The notes under the pieces were generated by a model. It did no database searches. It was not told the origin of the DNA and was given only the letters and a program-made list of their open reading frames with translations. Shown one piece after another: positions 13,825 through 26,329 of a stretch of 64,000 nucleotides of DNA (the stretch's first letter is position 1; every line of letters starts with the position of its first letter). Source of the DNA: Phaeosaccion multiseriatum (taxonomy: Eukaryota > Protista > Ochrophyta, other classes); contig OZ218964.1 in assembly GCA_965112735.1 (NCBI GenBank), positions 1,054,001 through 1,118,000 on the forward strand. Reading direction: 5' to 3'. The position numbers were made by a program, and so were the translations under genes.

Positions 13825-13951
13825 TCGGCCCTGGACAAGAAGATTATCTGATTACTGATTACGGCCGGCGCAGCCGGCCTGATTACTGATTATGACCGGT
13901 GACCAGCCAGCCGGCCGGTGCACACCGTAGTCTTGTCCAGGTCAGGGCCGA
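13825..13951. mobile_element. Small foldback/MITE-like element B
   Basis: TIR TCGGCCCTGGACAAGA ... TCTTGTCCAGG[TCAGG]GCCGA; internal direct repeats of CTGATTACTGATTA. Confidence 0.5.
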
Positions 13952-13959
13952 GAGGGGGG

Positions 13960-14900
13960 CTCTCGCTACTGTCCTGCTGGCTTCCGAAGCAAGCCGCAGG
14001 CCCAGCCCCTCCTGGCTTCTTGCTTTCGTCGGGGGGCAGAGAAACCTCGCCTGGCTGGAGCCGAGGAAATGCACCGCACACTCCTGCACCGACTTGACGC
14101 ACGCCACACGCCATGGGCGGTGCCCATCGTACATCACCATCCACACTCATCCAAGCAGTCGGGCAGGACCACTTCGACGGAGCACGCTCACCGCCGACCC
14201 TCCCGACCAATGGCTGCCTGGGCCAAGCAGGTCAAAAACCAAGCGAGGCGCAAGAAAATGCACCGGGCGGCAAAGCAGGCCGCGCCTCCAACGACGGCGT
14301 CCAAAAGGCCCTCACCACCCAGCTACACACATGCCGTCCAGCCAGCAGGCAGGGGAGCTGGTGTAGGGCGCGACCGCCAACGCGGTCACCCCAGCAGAGG
14401 CCCAGCAGGGGGGGGAGGAGATGCCGCCCATGAAACGGCACGCCTCCACTCCCAGAGAGGCCAGGGGTCCATCATGGCATGGCTCGCTCGGCGCCCTCCC
14501 CCACGGTCACAACACCATGACCTCAGACGAGTTCACCATGGCCCTAGCACTGCGCCGCAACACGGCCGGGCATCAACTTTTGCCGACCCCCCCCCCAACA
14601 TACCTTGGCACAGGCAGTGCCAGGCTGCAGCCAAGGGGCCCATCAAGCAAGGGCCTCCTCGCTCCAACAGTTAACTCTCCATCGCCCTGCCTCCAGCGCA
14701 CCCTCTCACAGCGGGGGGTCAGGTACGCCGCCCTCCATGCTTAGGGCCGCTATGCCACGGCACGAGGTAGGCTAGCAGCAACCCTTGACTGGGGCCTCAT
14801 AGGCGCCATCACCGACGCACCTCACCTCCAGCACTCAGCGTGGGCCTGAGGGGTCAAGCACCAAGACCGAGAGCAGAGACAGCGGACAGGAGAGACAGCA
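13960..14900 (+). pseudogene. Decayed non-LTR retrotransposon fragment (CRE-like, region downstream of RT)
   Basis: Removing two small duplications (CAT, GCTC) near 14470-14490 gives ARLHSQRGQGSMAWLGALPHGHNTMTSDEFTMALALR. This resembles the RLxSxxGxGAxAWLxAxP...MxxxxFxxALxLR motif of CRE-type LINE polyproteins. Frameshifted; boundaries approximate. Confidence 0.45.
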
Positions 14901-15694
14901 CCAGCCAGCACCAGCAGTTGCTTAGCGGAGCCAGCAGTACCGCGACACACCCCAGCAGCAGCCACCCCTCGCTCCACCCAGCCACACACTGACCATTCCC
15001 TCCCCACTTTCCTCCTCCTGTGGCCCCTCCAATTGACCGGCTCCCCCTACCCTACGATCAGCACCAGCCACCCTCCTCACCATAACCCCCCCTTCACCAT
15101 CCCACCCTCCCAGCGAAGCATCTCCCACTCCCCTCTACACCACCAGCACATCCCTCCAGCCACTCGCCCCCCTCCGCCGCACTTCCCACCACCACCAGCC
15201 CCTCGGACTCGCTCCTCCTGCCTACCTTCCACTCCGCTCCTGCTGCCCTTGCTTTACTCCCGTCCGTCCTCCCTCCCCCTCAGCCACCGCCCTATCCCCC
15301 GCCCCACCACACCTCCCATCCTCCGTCCAAATCCCGCCCTCGCCATCTGGCCTCGCCCACACTTGCTTGCCCCACCATACACACTCCACCCCAGTTAGCA
15401 CTCACCGCCCTTGGCTTAAGCAGCAGCGATTGAAGATGAGCGAGCCCCCAAGCAAGCTCTGGTGGTATGAATTCCACACTCACACTCACACTCACACTCA
15501 CCTTCCCGCCCACGGTTTCTTCCTCCATTCCGAACATCTTGCTGCGGTGCTCTCTCCTGCTGGGCACGTCACGAACAGTAAGTGGGCAGCTTGCCCAGCC
15601 ATCCCCGGGACGGAGAAGGGGGGGAAGGCGAGGAGGAGCGAGGAGTCGCTGGACACCCGTTGCTTGTCACGGTTCGGTCTCGTACCACACCCAG

Positions 15695-15793
15695 TCGACC
15701 CCTGACGCACTATCCGCTATCCGCTATCGCCGGCGCCAGCCGATCCGCTATCCGCTATCGGCCGGGCGGCCGATAGCGCGTCAGGGGGGTCGA
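15695..15793. mobile_element. MITE family A, copy 2 (short)
   Basis: TIR TCGACCCCTGACGCACTATC ... GATAGCGCGTCAGGGGGGTCGA; internal GCCGGCGCCAGCCGATCCGCTATCCGCTATCGGCCGG identical to copy 1; flanking ACCCAG direct repeat (15689-15694 / 15796-15801). Confidence 0.75.
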
Positions 15794-16310
15794 CAACCCA
15801 GCCCACCGGCGACAGACGCCGAAGGCCACGTCGCTCCCCTCAGTACGAAGAGGAGAGGAGAGGAGCGAGAGGAGAGAGATTCGCTGAGCTTCTGAAGGCC
15901 AAGGAGGCTCGCGCGAGAGGCAGGAGCCAAAACCACCGGCCCAAACAAAGAAAATAGGCCGTAAACGGTTTCTGTAGGGTCTTGGCTGACCCTCAAAACA
16001 CCTGTGATGGCCCGAAAAATAATTGCGCCCCGATTTCGATTTCTCCACCTCTCCTTTCCCATCCTCCTCCTGCCAGTATCCTATATCCTCTATAGCCACA
16101 AGAGGCCACGCATAGAGGGGGCTTCGTTCAGCGGAGTATTAACAGTAAGCAGGACCGAGAGTGGACCAACGATCCATCCACCCAGAAGAAAGCTCTCCGC
16201 CTGTGGTGGAGGCGAGACATTGGCCGTGCCTCCCGCCGAATCCCCCTGCCAAAGTCATAGCACCAAGCCCACAGAGAGGCCCGGATGGTGAAGAGAGCCA
16301 GGGAGGCAGC

Positions 16311-16486
16311 ATGGAGGCCGATGGTGGCTCGCAGTCGCCCTCCTTTCACGGCCTTACCAACAGCTTGTGGGGCGTGGTCACGTCTTATTTGGACCTGGCT
16401 TGTCTCCACAACATCAATTGCGCTTGTAGGGTGCGTAAGGGCCAGGGCCAATCAGAGGGGGTGGAGCGGTGCTTTCTTGAATCTCT

Positions 16487-16542
<56 letters not shown>

Positions 16543-17892
16543 TGTGGGAGTGTGGCTCTCCTCTTCCCCCCCCCCCCCCTTTCTCCGGCGCCTTTCTGGC
16601 AGACCCACTCTCACCTCTCATCCTCTCCCTTGAACGGCAGCACTGGGACAACCCAAACGACACACAGTGGATGGTTTTGTGGATTAGATACTTCGATCAA
16701 CTACCCACGCTAGACCCTATGCAGTGGGGCAGCACGTGGAGAAGGGAGGTTATGCTGCGAAGCCGCTGCGGAGTGCATGTGGGACACCTTTCCGACGCGT
16801 TTCTGCGAAGCGGTAAGAGGAGCGGCTGTAGCGCATGGGCTTACCACTGCTCTCCTCTGGTGGCTGGGGGGTTTTGGAACAGGAACGACCGACGCAAGAG
16901 TCTCTGATACCCCCTCTCTTTTTCGTCCTTTGGCCCTCCTTCTTCGTCCTTTGCCCTGTTGGACACTTCTTGCCGTTTCTGCGCTGGACGGCACCAGTCT
17001 GCGTCATGCTATCTCGTTCTGCACGCAACAGGGACGTCGGCAGGGACGGCGGCGGCGGTGGTGGTAGCAGCAGCAGCAGCACCAGCAGCAGTGGAGCCTT
17101 CGTGGCACTCTCGAGCAGAGAGTATGAGGTGGGGGAGGGAGGGAGGAGCAACTTGCGATGGGCGACGCCAACAGACCTCAAGAGAATGGCGCTCAACGGC
17201 CCTTCTGTGAGGCTAGTGATTCCCATCTGCGTCACTCCGCCGGAGCGGGTAGTAGGACAAGAGACTGACTCCGCAGAATTAGTGGTGAGTAGCTAAGCGT
17301 CGATTGCAACAGCCACAACCAAAGCACCACCCATCCTAACTCCTGCGGCTACCACCTCTTCTAAGCTCGCCATTGCCCCCACTGCTCCCTCCACCCCCCC
17401 CGTCTCTGTCCGCAGGGTCAAAAATACGAATTCCTCTCCCCAAAAGGGTATTTCGATGTGGAGTTGCTCGCGTCATGTATGCTACGGGCCGCCCACCTCA
17501 GCTTGGAGTCCCTCAACCACGGCTCGCTCCCACTCATCGCTCGTCTATGCATCAGGGCGAGGCGAGCAGAAGTGGGCTCACAGGTGGTTGTTGTGACATG
17601 GGCGGCAGATGAGGGAGGAGCCTTGGAGGCCCCCCTGCTGCCTCCTTCGGCACTTGCACCACCCGGAGGGGGAGGATGGGGCGGAGGAGGAGGAGCAAGA
17701 GCAGGAAGAGGAGAAGGAGGAGAAGGAGGAGCAGGAGGAAGAGTCCCGCCTTCACCCCATCTGGAAGAAGCGAAACTCCCCTCACCCGACCCCAGCATTC
17801 CCGCCTTCTCCCCGCAACCTTCCTTCACGAATGACTACAGCGACCCTTCCAGCATGCCACCTTTCCCAGGGCCGCCGCCACCACCACCCTAA
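16311..17892 (+). CDS. F-box-like protein, paralog B (4 exons)
   Basis: SFHGLTNSLWGVVTSYLDLACLHNINCACR spliced to HWDNPNDTQWMVLW...PMQWGSTWRREV. Exons about 16311-16430, 16641-16812, 17032-17284, 17416-17892. Last exon contains FLSPKGYFDVELLASCMLRAA. Confidence 0.7.
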
Positions 17893-18489
17893 GGCAACAG
17901 CGGGTAGGTAGGAAGGTGGGCAGTTAATTGGGTAGGTAGGTAGGTAGGTAGGTAGGAAGGCATATATACATACGACACCCGCAGCAGCAGCAGCAGCAGC
18001 AGCAGCAGAGCGACTGAGTGATCTCACTTCGCCAGGTGCGGCTTCGCACACTTACGGGTATAATGGTACATCAGAGAACATACCATACATATACATACTT
18101 AATTTACGTGCATCAGTTTGAGAAAAAAACACTTAATTATATATAATCTTACACGAAACTGGGCATTGAACATCTTGTGGGAAAGCCTTGTGGAGGGCGG
18201 TGGAGCACTCGCCCTGCAAGCAGCTCGAGGTGGTCGTTTCGGACTGAAGGTGAAAAAAAACATGTACTCGAATGTACGGATATCTACACCAGAGCGAGGC
18301 TGGCTGCCGAAATGAGTGGGGGGGGGCGGGTGAGGTATTATTTAGAGCAAGTACAGGTCGCTCCATTTTGCACGAGGGGAAGGCTGAAGTGAAATTTCGG
18401 GGTGGGTGCGCGCGTGCGTGATTGTTGGCTTACGAAAAACCCAACCGTCCAGGTTAAGATCAAGAAAAGAAACAAAGCAAAAAAAAACA

Positions 18490-20221
18490 TGGGGCAGCGC
18501 CCTTCCTACCTGAGGGAGCGGAAGAACCGCTCCGCTATCATGATTGGCTTGGACCACGCGGGTAAGACTCGTCTCCACCTCCTCCTCCCCCTCCTCCCTT
18601 TTTTACCTCTGTAGGCCCTGATCACTGCATACACACCGCTACAGGGAAAACCACTATCCTCTGCCACATGTGCGGTCTCCTCCGACGCCACTATAGACAT
18701 GCCTATGCGAAACGAGCGGCCTCGGACTCCGAGAAGCGCCGGCCACGCAGCCGTCGAGAGCGGTCGGGGGAGGAAGATGGGTGGGGTGGGCCACAGAGAA
18801 GGGAACAGAAACAAGGAGTGGTAATGCGCACTGTCCCGACAGGTACGCGAAGCCAGCCATGCACAACAACAACAACAACCCCTCCCCCCCTCTTTTCTTT
18901 CTTGCCTTCCCTTCCCCTCAGTGCTTGCCAAGCTCATTGCCTCACTTCCACCCCCATTCCCCCCATTTGACTCTCGATTTGAAAGTCCCCATGCAGCTGG
19001 TGGAGTTCAAGAGAGAAAACGTCCGATGGGCAGTGTGGGACATGTCAGGACAGGGTAAGGAAGGACTGACTGTCTGCCTGGATAGCATAGGTAGCACCTC
19101 GCCACTTTCAAGACGCCATTTCCCTCATAGCGGACCACGCACACCCTTTGTTGGTGTGGCACTACAGCCTTACAGGGGAAGCTAGCTGTCTTGGGGACAA
19201 TCCCCCACTGACTTGCCTCGCCCCCTTCCTCCACGTCCCCTATGACACTCTACCCTCTGCCTCCCCCCTTCCTTTCTCTCCCCGGTACAGGCCGCTACCG
19301 CGACGTGTGGGAGGAGTACCTCCGCACCGCCGATGCGCTCATCTTTGTGGTCGATGTGTCCGATGTTGCGCGTATCGCTGTTGCCAAGGACGAGCTCCAT
19401 AGGCTGCTAGAGGGTCAGGTCAGTGAGAAAGGGGAGTAGTTGTAGGCAGCGGCGGGCCGTCAGGTATACAGAGAGTAGGTAGAAATCAGAAAGGTAGGCA
19501 GGGAGGCAGGCAGGCATATCCACCTGTATGTGTTTCTCACCGCTCTCTTCCACTTTTCCCTCTGTTTCAATCTTCTGTTGAAATTCAAACCCGCTGATGT
19601 GTCTTGGATGGATGGATGAATGAATGAATGGATGGATGGATGGATGGATGGATGGATGGACTGATTGATTGATTTGCTGTTCAATCTCTGTTCGCCCACA
19701 GCGCGCTCAGAGCGCTCGCATGCCCCTGCTCATCCTGGCCAACAAGGCAGACCTAAGAGGGAAGCAGAAGCCGCAGCAGTTGGTGCTACAGCAGCAACTG
19801 CAGCAGCAGGAGGAAGAGGAGGAGAGTATGGACGGGATGGAGGATGCAGAGCGTGACTGTATGTCAGCGGACACAGTTGGCCTCATGCTCGGAGTAGAGA
19901 CCATTTACCTCAGTCGACCAGGTATTGTGGGTGGTTGGACGGAGGGAGGGAAGGAGGAGGGAAGGGGGAGGAGGGAGGACAAGGAGGAGAGGCGAGGTGG
20001 GAGAAGGAGGGTGGCAGAAGAAAAGAGAAGACGGCAAGACAATGGCGTTATGCGCAATGCGGCAGTGGCAATTGGGAAGGCGGTAGGGGTGGTAGAGAGG
20101 AGGAATAGAGAAGAGAGCACCGCGTCTTTCCTGTGTAACTGTAACTGGATGAAACGCCTCCAATAACCTGCTCACCCGATTGCCCCTCCTCCTTCTGCTG
20201 CTGCTGCTCCTCCTCCTCCTC

Positions 20222-20262
<41 letters not shown>

Positions 20263-20409
20263 CCCCCTCGTCTGACTCGTGCTCCTCGGCATCGCATGCG
20301 TGGTGTTTCTCGTACGACGCTCGGCTCAGTGCGTGTGTTCAGTGTGAGTGGTAAGACAGGGGCGGGCATCGAGGAGGCTCTGGTGTGGCTCACAGCTTTG
20401 GTGCGATGA
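18490..20409 (+). CDS. ARL6: ARF-family small GTPase, ARL6/BBS3-like, with insertions (6 exons)
   Basis: Exons 18490-18561, 18645-18842, 18986-19054, 19291-19418, 19702-19921, 20330-20409 splice in frame. G1 GLDHAGKTT, G3 WDMSGQGRYR (ARL6 signature), G4 ANKAD, G5 SGKTGAGIEEALVWL, N-terminal MG. Confidence 0.85.
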
Positions 20410-20681
20410 TAGATAGTGACCAAGTAGACGCGATGAAATGGCGCACAGCATTGGCACCTTAGTAAACCAAGTAGATAGACAGAGAGAGAGAGACATGGGG
20501 TGTAAACAGCTGACGGCAGAGACGCAAGAGACAAATGCACAAATGTAAGCTCTATATTTACTATATTTGGCATGTAATTACTCGATCAGTGGTAAAACTT
20601 AAGACAAGACTTTTGTAAAGTGCGCCCCTCCACCGCTGTTACTCTTCACTGCCGATCGGGTGTGGGGGGGGCGGGCCTGTG

Positions 20682-20732
<51 letters not shown>

Positions 20733-21214
20733 TGTGTGTGTGTGCGTGTGTGTGTGCGTGTGTGTCCAGGGTAAACACAGCTTGGTCTACGCATTCCTCC
20801 TTTCGTCAGCCTTACTGACAATAGCTGAGCTGCAGCTGCTGCTGTTGTTCCAACTGCAGCCGTAGAGTAGAGAAGCGCAGCAACGCAAGGCTGCTGCAAA
20901 CCCGAACTCTACACGCCGGCCCTCCCTCCCCAACCGTTATTCCTCCTGTTTGGCTCGACCCTCCTCCCTCCTCAGCCAGAGCCGAGAGAAAACGGAGATC
21001 AATAGTACGCTAATCGTATTTGTTTTCACCACCACCACCACCACCACCCCCTCCTCCTCCTCCTCCTCCTCCTCCTCCTCCTCCTTCACCACATGCAAAA
21101 ACAAAGCAAGCAAGTTGTCGTTCAGTCATGTGTCTGAAACGCCCGGTAAGGTCAGGTCCAAGGTCGATGGCGGCTGTCTCCCTCCCTCCTCCCTGAGGCC
21201 TGTCTGACGCCCGT

Positions 21215-21763
21215 CTAGGGAAGCCTCTTCCTGGAGATAGCGAGCAGCAGCAGCACCACTGCAGACATGGCACTCATGACACGGAATACGCCTTTGGTTT
21301 GTGTGGTTGTTGTGGGCGGTGGGGTCCAACGGGGTGGGCGGAGGGGGGGAAGGGGGGTGGGGTGGGATGGGGGACGAGTAGTGAGTTGAGAGAAGAGAAG
21401 TAGAGAAACAGCAGGAAGAAGAACAACAAACGATACATTCAGACATACATGCATGCATGCCTATCGATCTGCTTGAACTGAGCCCATGCCCGTACACCTG
21501 TTTCACCCTTACCATTCCACCCGAATTGGGCTTGCAGCGCCTTTGTGAGCACCGTGCCCGATGTCGAGGCCATTCCAAAGGCGGAGAAGAGAATGCCGTA
21601 AATCGTGGCTCCCTGCTCAGATTGCATGCAAAATGATTGGGGGGGGGGGGGGGGGTGAGAACAGCGTGAGCGGAGCGGGGGGCGGTTGGGGGAAGGCAAG
21701 ACAAGCACGAATACAACATAGGTGTACGCCATATACATACACATACGCGCACACACGCACACC

Positions 21764-21800
<37 letters not shown>

Positions 21801-22373
21801 GCACGCACGCACGCATACACCACTTTCTGTGCACACTTATCAATCATATACCCATATACCGTCATGATTTATGATTCGTGAGACGAGAGACCGTGTAACT
21901 CCCTCTTTCTCTCTGTCCGTCCCCCTCTCCCTCCCTCCCCGCCACCAAGCCTGTCTCACATTCTCGGATCCGAAGACGCGCGATGTAACGGCAGGGAACA
22001 TGGCGAAGTTCCCGCCGAGGCAGAAGAAGATGGCGCAGGTTGCCATCATGTACACTGTGGACACCGTGGCAAGGGAGGGAGGGAGGGAGGGCGGGCGGAG
22101 AGCGGGCAGGAGGGCAATGAACAAGGCGGCGGCGCATTGGGTGAGCATCAAATGTGGTGTGGAGATTGAGAGAGGGGAGGGAGGGAGGGAGGGAGGGAGG
22201 GAGGGGAAGAGAGAGGCGGACGGAGGGAGAGTGGCAGCAGACCGTAGACACTTGCACACACTTATGTAACACTTACGTGTTCGACTTGAGGAGAGGGCTG
22301 TATAAGAAGCCATAGTCACTACCTGGATGGCCACCAGGACACCGAAGGGACCCTGCCGAGAGGGAGAGAGAGG

Positions 22374-22439
<66 letters not shown>

Positions 22440-24799
22440 GAGGAGCACGGGGGTGGAGAAGGACAAAAGTAATGTTACGGGGGAGAGCGAGGGTGGTATA
22501 GTTTGAATGAGGATGACAAGGGGCTTGAACTTGAACTTGAGTTGAAAAAGAAGGCAGAGGATTGGACAAAACAAGGTGGGAAGAGAGGTACCGAACGGCA
22601 GTCATGCCAAGCTCTCCTTGAGAGGGAGAGGGAAAAGGGGGAGGGAAGAGAGGAGGGGGGGAGGAAGAGAAAACAGGACGTACACGAAACACTCATGCCA
22701 AGCGTGTACGCAGTCCTTCAACAGGAGAAGGAGAAGGCGAAGCAAACGACGTTTGTTTCCAAAATTGCACCTCTCACCTTAAATCCGTTCGTGTCAATCA
22801 TTCCTCCCCAGAACAAGCGCCCAGCGGCTGCCAAAAGGTGAATAGAGAGATAGGCAAGGTTGGGGGGGGGTGGGGGGAGGTATTGGGGTCCGAGAGATGG
22901 GTGTGTGTCGAGAGGTAAGAAGGGCACGGAGGAACGCCACAAATGGAGTGGGAGGACTCTGCCAGCTAACAACGGCTGTCGAATCCATCAGCCCACTTCA
23001 AAAGGATGATGCCCTTCCTATATATCCGGCCTAGACGAGGAGCGAAGGCCACAACTTCTCCGCACCGCCCCGAGAGGTGGGGCCATGGCAGACAAGCCAA
23101 GTTCCCCAACAGAGGAAACGTATGTGCCTTTCACAGACGGTTGACGAAGAACCACACTGCTCACCGTTAAAGAGTGCCCCGATGCTCCCCACCAGAGCCA
23201 GGAATGAATCCGACTTGAGCTCATCTGTACACGCACCCACACACATGCACGGAGACGGGTGAGAGGAAAGGAGCGATGCAGAGGGAAGGGCAGAGGATGG
23301 TCAGGGGAAGAGGGGGTGTAAATCGCTCCAAGGCCCGCACATACGCACACACGCACACATGGCCACATGCACCGGTACGCACACACACACGCACCAGCGC
23401 ACGCACGCATGCGCGCACCATGCACCCTCACTCACGCTTACTTACCCACGGTGTTGGCGAAGGACTTGTAAACGCCAGCGATGTTGAGACCGCTACAGGC
23501 GGACAGCAGCGCCAGGGTCCACAGGAGGTAGAACGTCTTTCCGCGCAATGCTTCCTGCTCGCCAGTGCACGTTTGCGTGTCAACGAGGGCGGAAAATGGA
23601 CCACCGACACGACACGGGCAAAGCAGGATGGAGTGATGACAGCACAAGCGCAAACAAAACGGGACAACAGGGGGGGGCATAAAACTGAGACAAGAGAGAG
23701 GGAGAGAAAAAAAGAGACTTGACTGGCTGGCACTGACTCACTTACCCTGACTGTGAATCCCGGGGTGGCCTTTTTGTCCTTGCTCATGGCGGTAGCCTTG
23801 CTCACACCGTCAGAGGGGGCCCTGATGAGCATCGACCCAAAGCCACACAGCACGGCGTAGCAGAGGGCAAGCTTCCGGAGCATACCTGATATATATATAT
23901 TATTATATATATATTATATATATATAATATATTATTATATATATATAATATATATAATTATATATGGGAGGGGAGGAGACGGGAGGGTAGCACAACTCGT
24001 CAGGTCTGTGAGCGGGCCATCACAGCTCCCTGTGAGTGAGTGACGCTTGGGTAGGTGGTGGGCAAGAGAGGCAGAGAGAGGGGGGGGGGGGAAGACAAAG
24101 ACAGACAATAGACAACAGACAACAGCTGAGCGGAAACCCTTCCTCCACGCGACACACCGTGTCCTGTTACCTGGGAAGGCGCTGTAAATGGAGTCTGGAT
24201 ACACGCCCGCCACTGCGTCCAGGCCATCGGGGTTGATGAGCCGCGTCCCCTACGTCGATGGGATGCAAGTTTCAAGGGGTGTGGGTGCGTGGGTGCGTGG
24301 GTGCGTGGGTGAGTGAGTGAGTTCAGTGAGTGTGCATCTCTCGCCCCATACCACTCCAGAGCTCCCGCCCTATACGACTACCACCACAACCACTACCACC
24401 ACCACCATCACCAGCAGCAGCAGCAGCAGCACCGCCCACCCAGTCTCGTCCAACAGACGACAGACGAGTGTGGGAATTCATTTTACTCCTTACAATTTGG
24501 TTGAAGATAAAGCCTCCGCCCCCGAATCCCGCCACCACCGCCCCACTAGCGAGGCCCTTGTTCTTGGGGAACCACCTCCATCCATTGACCATGGGGGCTG
24601 TGTAGGCGATGCCCACGCCCCCGCCGAAGAGGCCGCTGTAGGCCAGCATGAAAGTCACGAGGTTGGGGGCGTAGGAGGAGAGGTACACACCTGTTTAAAA
24701 GGAGGGGGCAGGCAGGCAAGTGAGAAGTAGTGTATATGGATCCATGCATAGCAAGACGCACACAACACACATGACGGAGAGGAGGGGGGACGAGGGAGG

Positions 24800-24834
<35 letters not shown>

Positions 24835-25716
24835 TGAGAGAGAGAGAGGGAGACAGGGAGGAAGAGGAGTTGACCCTTGCTCGCACCTGCTGCCATCATC
24901 CAACAGCCGAGCAGAGTGGTCTTGCCGCAACCGATGCGCTTCTGAAAGTAAGGCCCAATGGGCATGGTGAGGCACTGAAAAATCATGCCCACAGGAAGCA
25001 CCCACAGAGCATCCGGCTGAGCGCCTTCCTTGCCAACTCCATCAAAGTATCTATGGCAATGAGTAAGGCCAGTATCGAGGTGGGGAGGGGAGGGGCGGAC
25101 AAGGAGGGAGAGAAGGGGGGAGGGAGAGAGGGAGAAAGACGCGGAGCACAGGTTAGTTGGGCGAGCAAGGGTAGAACCAAGTCGCAAAGAAAGCCATGAC
25201 GAAGTGGTCCAAGGCGAAGAGCGCAAAGGCGCACGTGTCTCCGTGAGCAGCAGCCGATCAAAATCAGAGCACCACACAAGGCCACAAAGCAGCAATGACA
25301 AGAATACATGTTGCTCTTGGCGTACTAGCGGTCCCAATCTTTTTTGCCTCTGCGCCCCCCCCCCCCCCTCCCTGACTGTGACATGACGTGAGGCGCCCGC
25401 CCTCGACCCTGGCTTACTTGATAGAAGCAGGTGCATAGGGCAGGAAGTTACCCCAGCAGTACACAGAGCCCAACGCCAAGTGGCACAGTGCTCCCCCCAG
25501 CACGGCCAAGACACCTGCCGTGTTGGAGGCCTCGCCGCCGCCGGACACCTTGGTCACGAGTTTGGTCCAAGTCCCCGCCACATCAGCGACCCTGGAAGTA
25601 GCAGCCGCAGGGGCCACTGCCGAGCGCGTCAGGTCAGTGGGGGAGAGACTTGCCACGTCTATTGCGTCCTGCGAGGTTCCGCAACAGGAAGTGAAGGTAA
25701 AATACAGCAAAGACAT
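21215..25716 (-). CDS. MFS transporter, oxalate:formate antiporter (OxlT/OFA)-like; about 12 exons; start uncertain
   Basis: Spliced segments HLALGSVYCWGN, GGGVGIAYTAPMVNGWRWFPKNKGLASGAVVAGFGGG, GRLFWGGMID, FCLGGNFAMFPAVTSRVFG, GATIYGILFSAFG are OFA-family motifs. Confidence 0.88.
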
Positions 25717-26329
25717 GGCAAGAACGGCAAATACAACAGAGGGGGAGGTGGAGAGCGTTAATAGTTTGCCTTGCAACACTTCATTTCGGAGCCTGCATAA
25801 CCTATCTCTCCCTTTCCTCTCCAATCTCCCTGCTAACTGTTCTAGTCCACCACCTCACACCTTGGATCCGCCCAGCAGTGGTGCATTTGCATTGGACGAT
25901 GCCGCGCCATGAGAAGCTGAGACTGGTAAAAGCTGCATAGACAGTATCGCAGCAGCCAACAAGGGAGTACATGCTCGAAGGAATCTCATCGTTGTAGCGT
26001 CCTGATTCAATGGCCGAATCAGGAGAGACGGGAAGAAGGGAAGGAAACGAGATCGAAATGGCCGAAATGAGCGCGCAATTAATTCCCTTTGGCTGCCATC
26101 CTCTCCTCAATCCCATCACCCTTTCCCCTTCTTTCTCCGTTTGCTCTCTTCGCTCTTGCGACGGGCAGGAAGAAGAAGGAGTGAAACAGGAGATATGACT
26201 AATCTTCCCGGCTGCTTGGGGAGGGGCGGGGTTGGGAAGAGAAACGGTGCGGCAGCGGGAAGAAAGGGGCCCCCCAGCGTTTGAGGAAGGAAGGAGCAGG
26301 AGAGTGGGAAAGCGGGAGCGGCAGCTGCA

